Assembly (NCBI GenBank): GCA_010909165.1
Contig: VJWM01000205.1
Coordinates: 62,001-126,000 of the forward strand
Direction of reading: 5' to 3'
DNA length: 64,000 bases
Origin: Anthoceros angustus
Lineage: Eukaryota; Plantae; Anthocerotophyta
Shown here piece by piece: positions 49,130-62,200 of this stretch (position 1 is its first letter; every line of letters starts with the position of its first letter). Position numbers and translations under genes: made by a program. The notes under the pieces were generated by a model. The model was given only the letters and a program-made list of their open reading frames with translations, searched no databases and was not told where the DNA came from.

Positions 49130-52100
49130 TGTGGCGGACTTTTCTTGATGGCGGTAGCGCACAATCCGTGTCGTTGTAGGAAGAAGTCCGTTCCCAAAGG
49201 GAATGATAGGCCCGTTTACCGCGTTTGGTGATTCTTCGTCCTTAGCGCTCGTTCGTCTCACACACATACTCCTAACTCTCGTTCACGGCCGGTATGGCCA
49301 AGCGTTTAAGGACCCGTTCGCGTCCGTATCGTTCACCATCCTCACGCATCGTCCTTTCCTCTCTCCTCTCACGCTACACTCTTGATCTTAGAAAAAGCGC
49401 GGTTCTGATCCGGACCTCCTCGTCGTTCGCGGGCCTCTCGTCCGGGCTCTACACACCCTCCGGAGTTCCTCCGGCTCACGCGTTCGATCCGTTGATTCGG
49501 ACGCGGCTCGGACGACGGTCACGATCACCCTTCCACACACCACAGCGTTAAGTCGTCACGGGACCTTGATCAATCTCCCGGGTCGTGCTGCTCGGTGACT
49601 CGGGACTCACGTTAGCAAGAAGACTCACAAAGGTGCAGAGCGGCATCAACACCAAGAGAAAGATGCTTTACTAGGCGACCTCGGCCCTCTTATCTGCGCC
49701 CAAGTGGCGTCTTTATTACACCCCTATTACGGTGATAGCCATTTCGGTATACCCTAATCGGCCGCCTACCACCTATTTCCCCCTATCTCCTTCGCCGGTG
49801 GGAAGGTCACAGGCCCGCCTCGGAATGGGTGGTCAATCCCGTCACAGCGGTTGTGGTGCACCCAATCGGATGATCCGTGGCGGGCCCTCCTCTCTCCGGA
49901 ATCACAGCCGGGTTGGGCTCTGGCGGCGGTCGACAGCCGTTACCACGGCGTCATCCTCCTGGCCCCTCCAGGTCCTTGTGGGGCCACCACTATCTGCTCC
50001 CCTAAGCGTAAGTCGAAGGGGCTCCTCCTTCTTGCCGATCCGGTCCTCGAGGTCTGTCTCGACTCAGAACTTGAGTCGGACTTATTCTGAGTCCGGCTAG
50101 GTCCGACCTTGTCTCAGGTCCGGACCTCGTCGGTATTCGGGGGACTTGAGTCCGGACTTGGTCCGGACTTGAGTCCGGACTTATTAAGTCCGGACTTGGT
50201 CGGCCTCTCTGAGTCCGGACAAAGTCGGACTCCACCGGGTTTCCTCCCTCACGGGACTCCTCCGTGGCTCTCCCTCGAAGTCCTCCCATGTTCCCGATCG
50301 TGACTCCGTTGGCCCCTCCTTCCATGGTGAGGTGCGGGGTGCTTACCTCGATCGCATCCGCGCTCCTCGTTCCTCCTCCTTGCTCCTCTCCGCTCCGTCA
50401 TCTCCAAGCAGGGGCCACTAGGGTCCTGTCTTGTGGCCTTCATCTCCTTGAGCCTTCCGGTCCGTCCGTTTGCGCGGTAGTCGAGGCTTCGCCGGGGCTC
50501 GGTGGTAATAGGCAAAGTCAGATCGACTTGTTGGTGCCTCTTCCACGTGTGCGGGCACCGATACTCCCTCCGCCATAAGTGTTGGTGGGCGTCTTTGCCG
50601 GCTTGTTGGGCCACCTCTCTGCCCGGTTGTGGTGGGGCCATATCACGCGAGGCTACAAGGCGGCCTCGGTCACCTCCTGCGGTGCCCTGTTGCTCACACT
50701 CCGGCTCCGTCGTTTCCTCTCCATTGCCCGGCTTACCGCCATAGCGGCGTTCCCTTTCTCGGTGGACCGGCGGCTTCTTTTACGCTTCCGGTGCTCGCGC
50801 TCCCGTTCATTACGGCCTTTAGCTCGCGGCTCCTCTCAGGCGGTCGGATACCTCCGTCCAGGCTCGGGACTTCCTCCGGCTCATACAGCACAGCAGCGTC
50901 CAACTCCTTGGATAGTCGCCGATTTTCCTCCGTCTTGAGAGGCTGGCACTCTGCGTGCTCGTGTGGATTCTCGTTGAGAATCACTGCTCAAGCGCATCTT
51001 GGGTTGTAGCTCCGTGTCTCTTTATCCTCCATCTGCTGCGCCTCCTCTACTTCCTGTGCTCGGAGATCTCTATCTCCCAGTCTTGGCCTCCATCTCCTCC
51101 TTGGCCTTGCACTCCATAGCCTTTGTCGGCCTTGAGTTAGCCTCGGTACTGTGACTCTCTCCACGGTTCGATCACGTCTGGTGATCCGGTCGCTCTTTTG
51201 CCGACTTCCTCCGGCCGCCTTTACAGGCCTCGCCCTTGGCCTTTCTGGCCGGGCCGCCTCCGCCAGTCCGAGCTCTCTGCTTGTGCCGGGCCTCTTCCGC
51301 CTCTGCTGCGCTTCCCTCTTCGCTGCAAGGTCCTCCGCCCGCTTGGCCTCTGAGCTTGCTTGTTTCGGTGAAGAACCTTGATCTGTGAAGCCGCCTCGCT
51401 CGCCACCGGCGTTTCCCTTCCTCGATCCGGCGAGGGACTCCGCCTTTTCCTTTGCCCCTGGGCCGCCTTCACTTGCTCTTGGGTTCCACCATCCTCCTCG
51501 GGTGGCCTCCACTTCACAGGTCTTCTCATACCAGAGACCCCAAAGCATTCCGTCCATGGCGGTGACTCGCCGTGTTTCTTCCACGGCCGCAGTGAGGCCC
51601 CACAAAGTCCGTAGTGGGGCCGGCATTTCTCGATCCGCCAGGACCTCCATACCGATCCGAGTAAGTCGGGGGTTCTCGGACCTAATCGGGACCCTCGGTC
51701 ACAGTGGTGGTCAGTCTCACCCTCTTGGCCCTCTTGGCCTCTAACTCCTTTGTGCCCTCTTTCTCACAGGGCTCGGAGGAGGTGAGGGGTCGGGAGCAAG
51801 CTCTTTTGCCCCTTCACAGCCGGGGCAGGCCGGCTCGAGGTGGGGCTGCGGTGACCTCCTGCTCCTTGGGCCACGTCCCTTCGCCCTCCTTACGCCTCTT
51901 GACCTCTTGCCACTCGTGGGCGGGGTAAGTCGGCACCTTCGAGGTCTTTGCGTTGGTAAGCGGCACCGTCTTCCGCCTCTTGGCTCCCGTTGAGTTCGTC
52001 GGGGCTCGGCGTCGTGGTTGTTGGCATTGTTACGGTGCGGGCCAGCGCCCTCGGCATCGGCTCCCTCCTGTCGCTCGGAGGGCACCAAAAGGAGGAAGGG

Positions 52101-53480
52101 AATCGCCTCCCAAACTTCACAGGTGGTGAGGGGTTCGCTCAGGCGTATGGAGTCAGGAATCCTCGATCGTCCTCCTCCGAGTCCGCTTGGTCTTGAAGGG
52201 CGACCCCCACCTCAGGCGCCCTTGCACGCTCTACTTGGCGGGGCCTCCGGCCCTTGGGCGCCCGCTCAAGCTCTCCTCCTTGGGGCTCGAAATGTCCCCA
52301 TACATGAATCGGTGTGGGGTCGATAAGCGAGGCTTCTCGCTCCTTAGCTTGCGTGCCTCTGGCAAGGCGAAGATAATCCTTCCCGGTCGCTCTCTTCCCC
52401 GGCGGGCGCATGCGAGAATACCAGCGAGTTATCACCAAGGTGATCCACCTTGGTGGCGAGTTCAATGGACAATGATCCGGGCTACCGCCCTTACTCGGCC
52501 GGCGGATCGGATATCAACCATCCGTTGGTTGTCGCTGCGTTCGAGCCTCGACGCCGCGGGCGGCCTATCTTCCCGCCGCCTTAAGGGGCTCACCGCCCCT
52601 TCTTCCTCCTTGGGCGGTTGTAGGCCATCCTCGGACCTCAAGGTCCATCGCCTCGGGTCCTCCGGAGGTTCTTGGATCGGACCTCCTTGTTGATCGGCAA
52701 ACTCCGGACGTTTGGAACACGTCAGATGCCACTCTGCACCAATTCCCTGCTTCCTCCGGCCGGGGCCCGAAGTCCGGATAGCGCGGGTCACAATGTTGCG
52801 CTCCACGGTCCATGGCTCCCAGACTTCCGTCGGCTTTTGGGTGCCATTGCTTTCTCCTCCTCTTGTTCTTTGTAGGCTGGCGAGTCCGTGGCACGATGTT
52901 CCTCCTTGGCGTTGTTGCTCCAACCTTGGCGGTGCGCGCTCTAAATGGTGCGCCCAAAAGATAGCGCGAGCGGATTGCGGGCGCAAGGGGTATGAGGATG
53001 CGGAGGCTGCGTGAGACCTCCCTCCTTGGCGCTTGTGGAAAATGCTGGGGAAGGCGCCTCTTCGTTGTACGCGAGTGCATGGCTTACTCGACCCTCGCGC
53101 TTACTGCGGCCTTACGCGCCGCGCGGCCGCGGGCGTGAATACTGCCTGCGGCCTCGCAGGTTACGGTCTACCTCTGCATGCCCGACCTCCACTCGGGGCC
53201 GTCCGTGGCGCCGCCTCGTCATCCTCACGCCTCCGCTCCTAGGTTACTTTCACTGGCGTACTTATCCTATTTTGACTGGAGTGGGTTCGGACTTATCCGT
53301 TACTCGGCGTAGTCAGCTTGCCATAGTGTCGGGTCCGTTGTTCACTCAGTCGGAGTATACTCGGAGCCTCGTCGGCTACCCCAATTTATTCCTCCTTTTC
53401 CGCCTTATTTATCCTTCAATCCTAAAAAAAACAGAAACCCTACTTATTTCTTAACTCCCCAGGGAAGTGCATAGCCCACA
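49130..53480 (-). repeat. Family A LTR copy 4 (5' LTR, 4351 bp)
   Basis: PBS at 49110-49126 on the left and the TSD on the right. Confidence 0.9.
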
Positions 53481-53944
53481 ATGTCATCTGCATGCGAAGC
53501 CACACCACCCATGGGTTACAACCTCTAGATTTTGGGGTGTTTAAATCATTCAAAAGTGCCTTGAAGGTAAGAAAAGAAGCATATATGAGGATTGAGGGGA
53601 ACAAAGAAAGAATGCCTCCAAAAATTCTTGGGCAGCATCTTGTGAGTTAGGCAGTCAAGGATTCAATTACAGCAGAGAACCTAATTGCTGGTTTTCAGAG
53701 CTGCTAGTATATGGCCATTAAACACTAGTGCAATGGACTGCAATTTGGTCCTTCAATCCCTCATAGGAAAGAATGGGCAGGGAATGGATAGTGGAGAGAT
53801 AATATGGAAAGCCTGCAGGATCTTGGGCAGGACGTAATAGCTGCAGGTGAGAGTCGGCTACATCATAAAGAAGGCGATATGGAAAATGCACAGGATCACC
53901 TGCAGGAGGATGAAGTTGCTGAAGTTAAATGTCTCAAAGCCTTG
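53481..53944 (+). pseudogene. Pogo/Fot1-like transposase, C-terminal continuation after the LTR block
   Basis: Removing 22697-53485 restores DVICMRSHTTHGLQPLDFGVFKSFK (SHTTH.LQPLD Asp3 motif), then ITAENLIAGF; the frame is cut again at 53944 by family B. Confidence 0.9.
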
Positions 53945-54686
53945 TGTGGACTGTGGACTCTTCCCTTTGGTAGATAATAAGCTAGGTTTTGTTTTTTTTC
54001 GTAAGTGTGGAGTGGAAAATAAGGCGAAAAGGGAGAAATAAGGTCGGAGTAACTTCGGACTGCACTCCGGAGTAGGCAGAGAGACTCCGGACTGCACTCC
54101 GGAGCGGTTACGGATGACACTCCGGAGCGGATACAGCCCGCACTTCGGAGTACACCGCGGTAAGTCCGGACTACACTCCGGAGTAAGTCGTGATAAGAGC
54201 GCCAAGGAAAGTAACTTGGGAGTTGGAAGCGTATTTTGACAGGAGGGGCCACGTGGGCCGGTCTTTGAGAGGTGGGGACAGCATGGACCAGACCGTAGGG
54301 TTGCCAGGTGGCCGTTATGCGGTATTCACGCTCAAATAGGGCCTTGACATAATTCTAGAGTACACGGTTGGCGGTACCAGTGTAAGGCTAGAGTACGCGG
54401 TAGCATAAGGCTAGAGTAAGCTATACGAGGCCTCGATTCTGACAGTGAAGGCGCCCATCCGCTTGGACGCCGCCACCCTGAGCGAAGGTCATTCTTTCAG
54501 GCAACCTCGCGACGGTTTTCGCAATCTCTCGCGCTTAGACACCCCGCTCTCTGGCGTTGTCTCTTCAAGCGCCCGAGCGTCCTTGCGAGTAGCTTGCCTT
54601 TGCGACTGGAGCGACCGACTCAGCGACGGGAGAACGGAGAGTTGCGGAGCCTCAACCCTCAGCAGCAGAACAAGAGGAACACAACA

Positions 54687-56345
54687 ATGGGGCCCAAGAA
54701 GGCGACGGAAGTGTGGGAGCCCTGGCGCTTGGTGGAACGAAACATCGTCACCAAACGCTATCCTGACTTTGGACCTTGGCTGGAGGAGGCAGAGGAGTTG
54801 GTAGAAGACTGGCACTGGATATCTTCCAGGCTGTCTGGACCTTCGATAGCGTCGCTCTGGTCTGAGAATACGCTCGGAAAATGTTGGCGGTAGCGAACAA
54901 GGAGGTCCGCTCCAAGAGTCTGAGGGAGGACCCCAAGAGGTGGACCGTGGAGGTCCTGAGGGCGGTTTACAATCACCCAGTTGAAGAAATTGGGCGCGTA
55001 GTCCCGGAGCCCCTTAAGGTGAGGGGGAAGGTGGAAGCAGCAAGGGCGGCGCTCTTGAGGCCGGGGACGCAGCGGTCCTCAAACGGTTGGTTGATATCGG
55101 ACCTGCTGGACAGGCGGGTGAGGCGGTGGCGAAGGTCGCCGTCCTTTGGAACATGCCGCCACCCGTCGGGTTCAGTGGGCAGCGTAGTCTGTGATTAGGC
55201 TGGCGTCGACGCCAGCTCCCTCCCGTGGCGCCTCTTCCATGGCGGCAACCACACCCCAAGGATCTGTCCCCAGGAGAGGTAAGAGGGCTAGCTCCAGGAC
55301 CCCCTCATCACTTTCAAGCCCCAAGAGAAGACGGGCGGAGAAGGAGTTAGCGGCCAAGAGGGCCAAGGAGGTGGAAGGTTCGGACCAGAACACTTAGGAC
55401 CTGAGGGTCCTGATTAGGTACGGAGATCCCAGTCCGGCCTCCTCGGACAGATGGGGTCCTTAGCAGAGATGCCCGCGCCCACGACAAACTTCTGGTGCCT
55501 CCCAGTGGCCGTGGGGAGACACGGTGAGTCTTGCAAGTCATGGACGGTATGCTCAGGCCTCTGCAGCAGCGGAAGACCCGAAGTGGAGGCCACCAGGAGG
55601 CGGATGGTGCCTCGAGGGGTGGAGGCGGCCCAAGCGGGGAAGAAGGCGAGTCCTCGCGAGAATCGAGGAGGCGTCGGGCGGCGGAGGAGGCAGTCCATTC
55701 AACAAGATCGGACCAAGATCCTTGGTGTCAATCAGTGGAAACAAGCAGAGGCAAAGCGAGGACCTTGACGGAGAAGTGGCCGGAGGAGGCCGAGCCGGGA
55801 GGCAGCAGGCTAGGGACTCATGAGGCCTCGGCGAGCAACGCCAAGCTGGGAGGCTCGGGGAAGGCGGCGGAGGCGGCGGAGGCGGCAAGCAGGCGAGGAC
55901 CACTCAGGATCGGGATGGAGGTGGAGGCGGCGGAGGCGGCCTGCCAACTTGAAGGCGAGCGGATGGCGGGCAGCACGAACAAGCCGTCAGAGGAGAGGGA
56001 GGCCAACAACCGGGAGATGGAGGATCTCCGAACGGTCAAGGACGGAGGCGGCGAGATGGAAGACCGCAAGGAGACTTTGGGCTGACTCAAGTGGACCGTG
56101 GAGCAGGGACCTCTAAGGAAGAATTGAGGACCACGAAGGCAGGAGATAGAGCTCCGGCTCTGTTGGAGGCGAAGAGGTGGCGAACAAGGAGTAGGACGCC
56201 GAAAGGGAGAAAGACTTGGATGAAGCAAGAGCCGGGAGCCGGACCGCCTAGGAAGGAGAGGTGCGAGAAGTGACGAGGCATCTTTGGCGGCCTCAAGAGA
56301 TTCCGGCTCCAGTTGCGAGCTTTGCGATAGATGGCGGAGCTTCAA
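54687..56345 (+). CDS. LTR-encoded extra ORF of family B, first copy (frameshifted; second start at ~56448; further partial copies at ~58.9-59.6 and ~61.0-62.5 kb)
   Basis: ACAACAATGG start context; MGPKKATEVWEPWRLVERNIVTKRYPDFGP..ANKEVRSKSLREDPKRWTVEVLRAVYNHP..NGWLISD..KRRRAEKELAAKRAKEVEGSD. Confidence 0.7.
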
Positions 56346-58554
56346 GCGCCCGGCGTCCTGCGAGTAGCTTGCGCCACTGACTGGGCGACTCGGCGGAGAG
56401 AGGAGAGTTGAGCCTCAACCCTCGGCGGAACAAGAGGAACACAACAATGGGGCCCAAGAAGGCGGCGGAAGTGTGGGAGCCACAGGCGCTTGGTGGCGAA
56501 ACATCGTCACGCTATCACGACTTTGGACCTTGGAGGAGGCGAGGAGTTGGTAGAAGGCAGCCTTTGGATATCTTCCAGTATGCGGACCTTCGATAGCGTC
56601 GCTCAGTGCGAGAATACGCTCGGAAAATGTTGGCGGTGGCGAACAAGGAGGTCCGCTCAAGAGTGAGGAGGACCCCAAGAGGTGGGCCGTGGAGGTCCCG
56701 AGTGATTTACAATCACCCGAGTTGAAGAAATTGGGCGTAGTCCGGAGCCTTAAGGTGAGGGGAAGGTGGAAGCGCAAGGCGCTCTTGAGGCCGGGGGCCT
56801 TGGTCCTCAAGCAGTTGGTTGATATCGGACTGCTGGACGAGGCGGGTGAGGCGTGGCGAAGGTCATCGTCCTTTGGAACATCTTGGCCACCCGCTTAGGC
56901 GGGGTTCAGCCGGGGCAGATAGTCTGTGATTAGGCTGGCGTCGCGACCGCCAGCTCCCTCCCCGTGGACGCCTCTTCCACTGGCAGCAACCACACCGAGA
57001 TCCCTGTCCCCAACCGGGAGAGGTAAGAGGGCTAGCTCCAGGACCCCCTCATCACTTTCAAGCCCCAAGAGAAGACGGGCGGAGAAGGAGTTAGCGGCCA
57101 AGAGGGCCAAGGAGGTGGAAGGTTCGGACGAGAACACTTAGGACACGAGGTCTGATTCGTCTGAGATCCCAGTCCGGCCTCCTCGGACAGATGGGGTCCT
57201 TAGCAGACGAGAGATGCCAGCCTGACAAACTTCACAGGTGCCTCCCAGTGGGTGTGAGGAGACACAGGCAGTCTTGGCCGTCATGGACGGTATGCTGGGG
57301 CCTCTGCAGCGAAGACCCGAAGTGGAGGCCACCAGAGGCGGATGGTGCTGCTCGGTCAGTGGAGGCGGCCAGGAAGAAGGCGAGTCCCGAGAATCGAGGA
57401 GGAAGCGTCGGGCGGCGAGAGGGAGGCAGTCCATTCAACAAGATCGGACCAAGATCCTTGTCGCGACAGTGAAGCAAGCGCAGAGGCCCAAGCAAAGGCG
57501 AGGACCTTGACGGAGAAGTGGCCGGAGGAGGCCGGGAAGCCGAGGCAGCGAGCAGGCTAGGGACTCGGTGAGGCAGCTCGGCGAGCAACGCCAAGCTGGG
57601 AGGCTCGGGAAGGCGGCAGGAGCCGGCCGTGCAAGCAGGCGAGGACCCACTCGGAGGTCGAGAGGAGGGAGGCGGCGGAGGCGGCCTGCCAACTTGAAGG
57701 CGAGCGGATGGCGGGCAGCACGAACAAGCCGTCAGAGGAGAGGGAGGCCAACAACCGGGAGATGGAGGATCTCCGAACGGTCAAGGACGGAGGCGGCGAG
57801 ATGGAAGACCGCAAGGAGACTTTGGGCTGACTCAAGTGGACCGTGGAGCAGGGACCTCTAAGGAAGAATTGAGGACCACGAAGGCAGGAGATAGAGCTCC
57901 GGCTCTGTTGGAGGCGAAGAGGTGGCGAAACAAGGAGTAGGACGCCGAAAGGGAGAAAGACTTGGATGAAGCAAGAGCCGGGAGCCGGACCGCCTAGGAA
58001 GGAGAGGTGCGAGAAGGAGGCATCTTTGGCGGCCTCAAGAGATTCCGGCTCCAGTTGCGAGCTTTGCGATAGATGGCGGAGCTTCAAGCAGGATGAATGG
58101 TAGGGCAAGAGCTCTAAGCGAGCAAAAGTTCTTTGGTCCAGTGCAGGCGGCGGAGGCGGCGGAAGGAGAACGCCATGGCGTGGTTAAATGCGAAGCGGAG
58201 GCGGAGCACGCGGAGCGACCTACTACCACGCCGAGCTCCTTAAGGCCTTGGAGGTCCCGTCAAATCGACGGACCTCCGGATGGATCAGAGGGAGGGGGAG
58301 GAGATGAAGGTCCCGGGGATAGTACAGCCACTGGGACCTTAGTAGCGCTATTCGGGGACAAGGGCAGCAGCGGGGAGGAGCCTCAGGAGGAGTAGGACGA
58401 GGCAGACACAACGAGGCATGAGGTAAGCCGGCCGCAACCCTCCAGGGAAGGCGAGGGGCAGGGGCCCCGAAGGGGTGGAAGAAATCAGGAGACCCGAGGC
58501 AGTGAGGGGTCCGATGGCGAGGACGGACCCCGGTGGAGAAGTTCAAGGGCATGT

Positions 58555-58860
58555 GAGTCCACGAGGTCCGGACTTAAATAAGACGGACCGAGGTCGGACT
58601 TGAAATAAGACCGGACCGAGGTCCGGACTTGAAATAAGACGGACCGAGGTCCGAACCCAGTCGAGGCTGGACCACGAGGTCCGGACTCGGAAATAGGCGG
58701 ACCAGTCCGGACTCAGTCGAGGCCGGACCCGAGGTCCGGACTCAGTCGAGTGGACCCAGGTCAGGACTCCAGTCGAGACCCGAGGTCCAGGACTCAGTCG
58801 AGGCCGGACCCCGAGTCCGGACTCAGTCGAGGCCGGACGAGGTCCGGACTCGGGAGGGGA
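58555..58860. repeat. Family B sub-repeat array (also ~60040-60350 and ~62885-63205); a second ACTCCGGAGT array lies at 54055-54185
   Basis: Units such as GAGGTCCGGACTCAGTCGAGGC(C/T)GGACC and GAGGTCCGGACTTGAAATAAGAC(C)GGACC. Confidence 0.9.
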
Positions 58861-59175
58861 ATCACCACCGACCGCCAAAGTGAGCGTCACCGTGGTCCCA
58901 CAGGTGGACCCACTCGGAGGTCGAGAGGACGGAGAGGGAGGCAGTCCATTCAACAAGATCGGACCAAGATCAACCCGGTGTCTTAGCTGAAGCGCAGAGG
59001 CCCAAGCAAAGGCGAGGACCTTTGCGAGACGGACCCCGGTGGAGGGAGGAGAGGAGGAAGCGAGCAGGCTAGGGACTCGGTGAGGCAGCTCGGCGGCAAC
59101 ACCTGGGAGGCTCGGGAAGGGGCGCGGAAGCCGGCAGCAGCGAGCGAGGACCACTACGGGCGGGATCGGACCGGT

Positions 59176-59232
59176 GGAGGCGGCGGAGGCGGCGGAGGCG
59201 GCGGAGGCGGCGGAGGCGGCGGAGGCGGAGGC
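59176..59232. repeat. (GAGGCGGCG)n microsatellite
   Basis: About six 9-bp units read directly; encodes EAA repeats in the ORF frame. Confidence 0.85.
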
Positions 59233-62200
59233 GGCGAGAGGAGAGGGAGGCCAACTGGCGGAGATGGAGGATCTCAGGCCACGGTGCAAAGGGCGGAGGC
59301 GGCGAGATGGAAGACCGCAAGGAGACTTTGGGCTGACTCAAGTGGCAAGTGGGCAGGCAGGGACCTCTAAGGAAGAATTGAGGACCACGAAGGCAGGAGA
59401 TAAAGCTCGGCTCTGTTGGAGGCGAAGAGGTGAAAACAAGGAGTAGGGGCGTCGCGAGGGAGAAAGACTTGGATGAAGCAAGGAAGCGGAGTAGGACCGC
59501 TAGGAAGGAGAACGAGTAGCCGGAGGCATCTTTGGCGGCCTCGAGATTCCGGCTCCGGTTGCCGAGCTTTGCGATAGATGGCGGGCTTAGGATGAATGGT
59601 AGGGCAAGAGCTCTAAGCGAGCAAAAGTTCTTTGGTCAGTGCGGCCAGGCGAAAGGCGGAGAGGAGGAAGCAGCGCCGTGCGTAAGTTGGCGGTGCGAGA
59701 AGCGGAGGCAGCAGCGGGGCGACCTACTACCACGCCGAGCTCCTTAAGGCCTTGGAGGTCCCGTCAAATCAGCGGACCTCCGGATGGATCGAGAGGAGGG
59801 AGGAGATGAAGGTCCGGGGATAGTCGTACTGGGACCTTAGTAGCGCTATTCGGGGACAAGGGCAGCGGGGAGGCCTCGGGAGGAGTAGGGCAGGCCCAGG
59901 CAGCGAGGCATGAGGTAAGCCGGCCGCAACCCTCCGGGGAAGGCGAGGGGCCGAAGGGGTGAGAAGAAATCAGGAGACCCGAGGCAGTGAGGGGTCCGAT
60001 GGCGAGGACGGACCCCGGTGGAAGTTCAAGGGCATGTGAGTCGGACCACGAGGTCGGACTTGAAATAAGGCCGGACCACAGGGTGGGACTTGAAATAAGA
60101 CGGACCACGAGGTCGGGACGTAAGACGGACCACGAGGTCCGAACCCAGTCGAGGCTGGACCACGAGGTCCGGACTCGAAATAGGCGGACCAGTCCGGACT
60201 CAGTCGAGGCGGACCCGAGGTCCGGACTCAGTCGAGGCCGGACCCCGAGTCCGGACTCAGTCAGTGGACCCGAGGTCAGGACTCAGTCGAGGCCGGACCC
60301 CGGTCCAGGACTCAGTCGAGGCCGGACCCAGGTCCGGACTCGGGAGGAGAGGAATCACCACCTGCTCGGAGCGATGCTGGTGGTCCACAGGCGAGGACCC
60401 ACTCGGAGGTCGAGAGGACGGAGGGGATGTGGTGGTTACAGCAGTTGTCGGACCGCCCTTGATAGCTCAACAGCGAGTCTCGGGAAGGAAGGGCCCGCCT
60501 CGCGGATCATCGATTAGGTGCGCCCTATCGAGAGCTAGGATTGGGCCACCAGTATGAACCAAGGCACTCCAGCCCCACCGCCAGGCGAGATAGGCGGAAT
60601 AGAGAATACTAGGTGGCGAGCTAGGGCACATTGGTGCTACCTCGAGAATAGAGTGTAATAAAGGCGCCGCCCTTGGGCGTAGTATAAGAGGCGGGGCTGC
60701 TCTAGTAAAACATCTTTTTCTTGGGGTGGAATCTGCGTTTCCTTATAGACCCTTGTGCGTCTTTGCTAACGTGAGTCTGAGTCATTGGGCGGGCACGGCC
60801 CCAAGAGATTGATCAAGGTCCCGTGGCCGGACCCTAACGTGTGGTGGTGTGCGGGCGAATGATCGAGACCCTTGCTCTTCCACAGTAGGGGACCCCGGTC
60901 GGACTTGAAATAAGACGGACCACGAAGGCAGGCGGAGGCGGCGGAGGTCGGACTCGGGAGGCGGAGGCGGCGGAGGCGGAGGCGGCGGAGGTCCGCTCAA
61001 GAGTGAGGAGGACCCCAAGAGGTGGGCCGTGGAGGTCCCGAGTGATTTACAATCACCCGAGTTGAAGAAATTGGGCGTAGTCGGAGCCTTAAGGTGAGGG
61101 GAAGGTGGAAGCGCAAGGCGCTCTTGAGGCCGGGGGCCTTGGTCCTCAAGCAGTTGGTTGATATCGGACTGCTGGACGAGGCGGGTGAGGCGTGGCGAAG
61201 GTCATCGTCCTTTGGAACATCTTGGCCACCCGCTTAGGCGGGGTTCAGCCGGGCAGATAGTCTGTGATTAGGCTGGCGTCGCGGCCAGCTCCCTCCCGTG
61301 GGCGCCTCTTCCACTGGCGGCAACCACACCGAGATCCCTGTCCCCACCGGAGAGGTAAGAGGGCTAGCTCAGGACCCCTCATCACTTTCAAGCCCCAAGA
61401 GAAGGCAGGCGGAGAAGGAGTTAGCGGCCAAGAGGGCCAAGGAGGTGGAAGGTTCGGACGAGAACACTTAGGACACGAGGTCTGATTCGTCTGAGATCCC
61501 AGTCCGGCCTCCTCGGACAGATGGGGTCCTTAGCAGACGAGAGATGCCAGCCTGACAAACTTCACAGGTGCCTCCCAGTGGGTGTGAGGAGACACAGGCA
61601 GTCTTGGCCGTCATGGACGGTATGCTGGGGCCTCTGCAGCGAAGACCCGAAGTGGAGGCCACCAGAGGCGGATGGTGCTGCTCGGTCAGTGGGCGTGGCC
61701 AGGAAGAAGGCGAGTCCCGAGAATCGAGGAGGAAGCGTCGGGCGGCGAGAGGGAGGCAGTCCATTCAACAAGATCGGACCAAGATCCTTGTCGCGACAGT
61801 GAAGCAAGCGCAGAGGCCCAAGCAAAGGCGAGGACCTTGACGGAGAAGTGGCCGGAGGAGGCCGGGAAGCCGAGGCAGCGAGCAGGCTAGGGACTCGGTG
61901 AGGCAGCTCGGCGAGCAACGCCAAGCTGGGAGGCTCGGGAAGGCGCGGGAAGCCGGCCGCAACCCTCCGGGGAAGGCGAGGACCACTACGGCGGGATCGG
62001 ACCGGTGGAGGGAGGCGGCAAGCGGCAACTTGAAGGCGAGCAGATGGCGTGCGGGCGAGCACAGACAAGCCGTCAGAGAGGAGAGGAGGCCAACAACCGG
62101 GAGATGGAGGATCTCCGCAGACAAAGGACGGAGGCGGCGGCGAGATGGAAGACCGCAAGGAGACTTTGGGCTACGGTCGTGGAGGAGGCAGGGACCTCTA

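Larger units (their letters stand above)
22697..53480 (-). mobile_element. Ty3/gypsy (non-chromovirus, Athila/Tat-related) LTR retrotransposon family A, tandem block of 30,784 bp with one 5-bp TSD (ATGTC at 22692-22696 and 53481-53485)
   Basis: Termini TGTGG...CCACA, identical flanking ATGTC, and gag-PR-RT-RH-IN order on the minus strand, repeated twice. Confidence 0.95.

Noticed and set aside
58555-58860. CRISPR-like appearance of the short repeat arrays (also 23620-23795 and others)
   Set aside because: Spacers are themselves repeated and irregular, there are no cas genes, and the arrays are internal to LTRs in a eukaryotic context.
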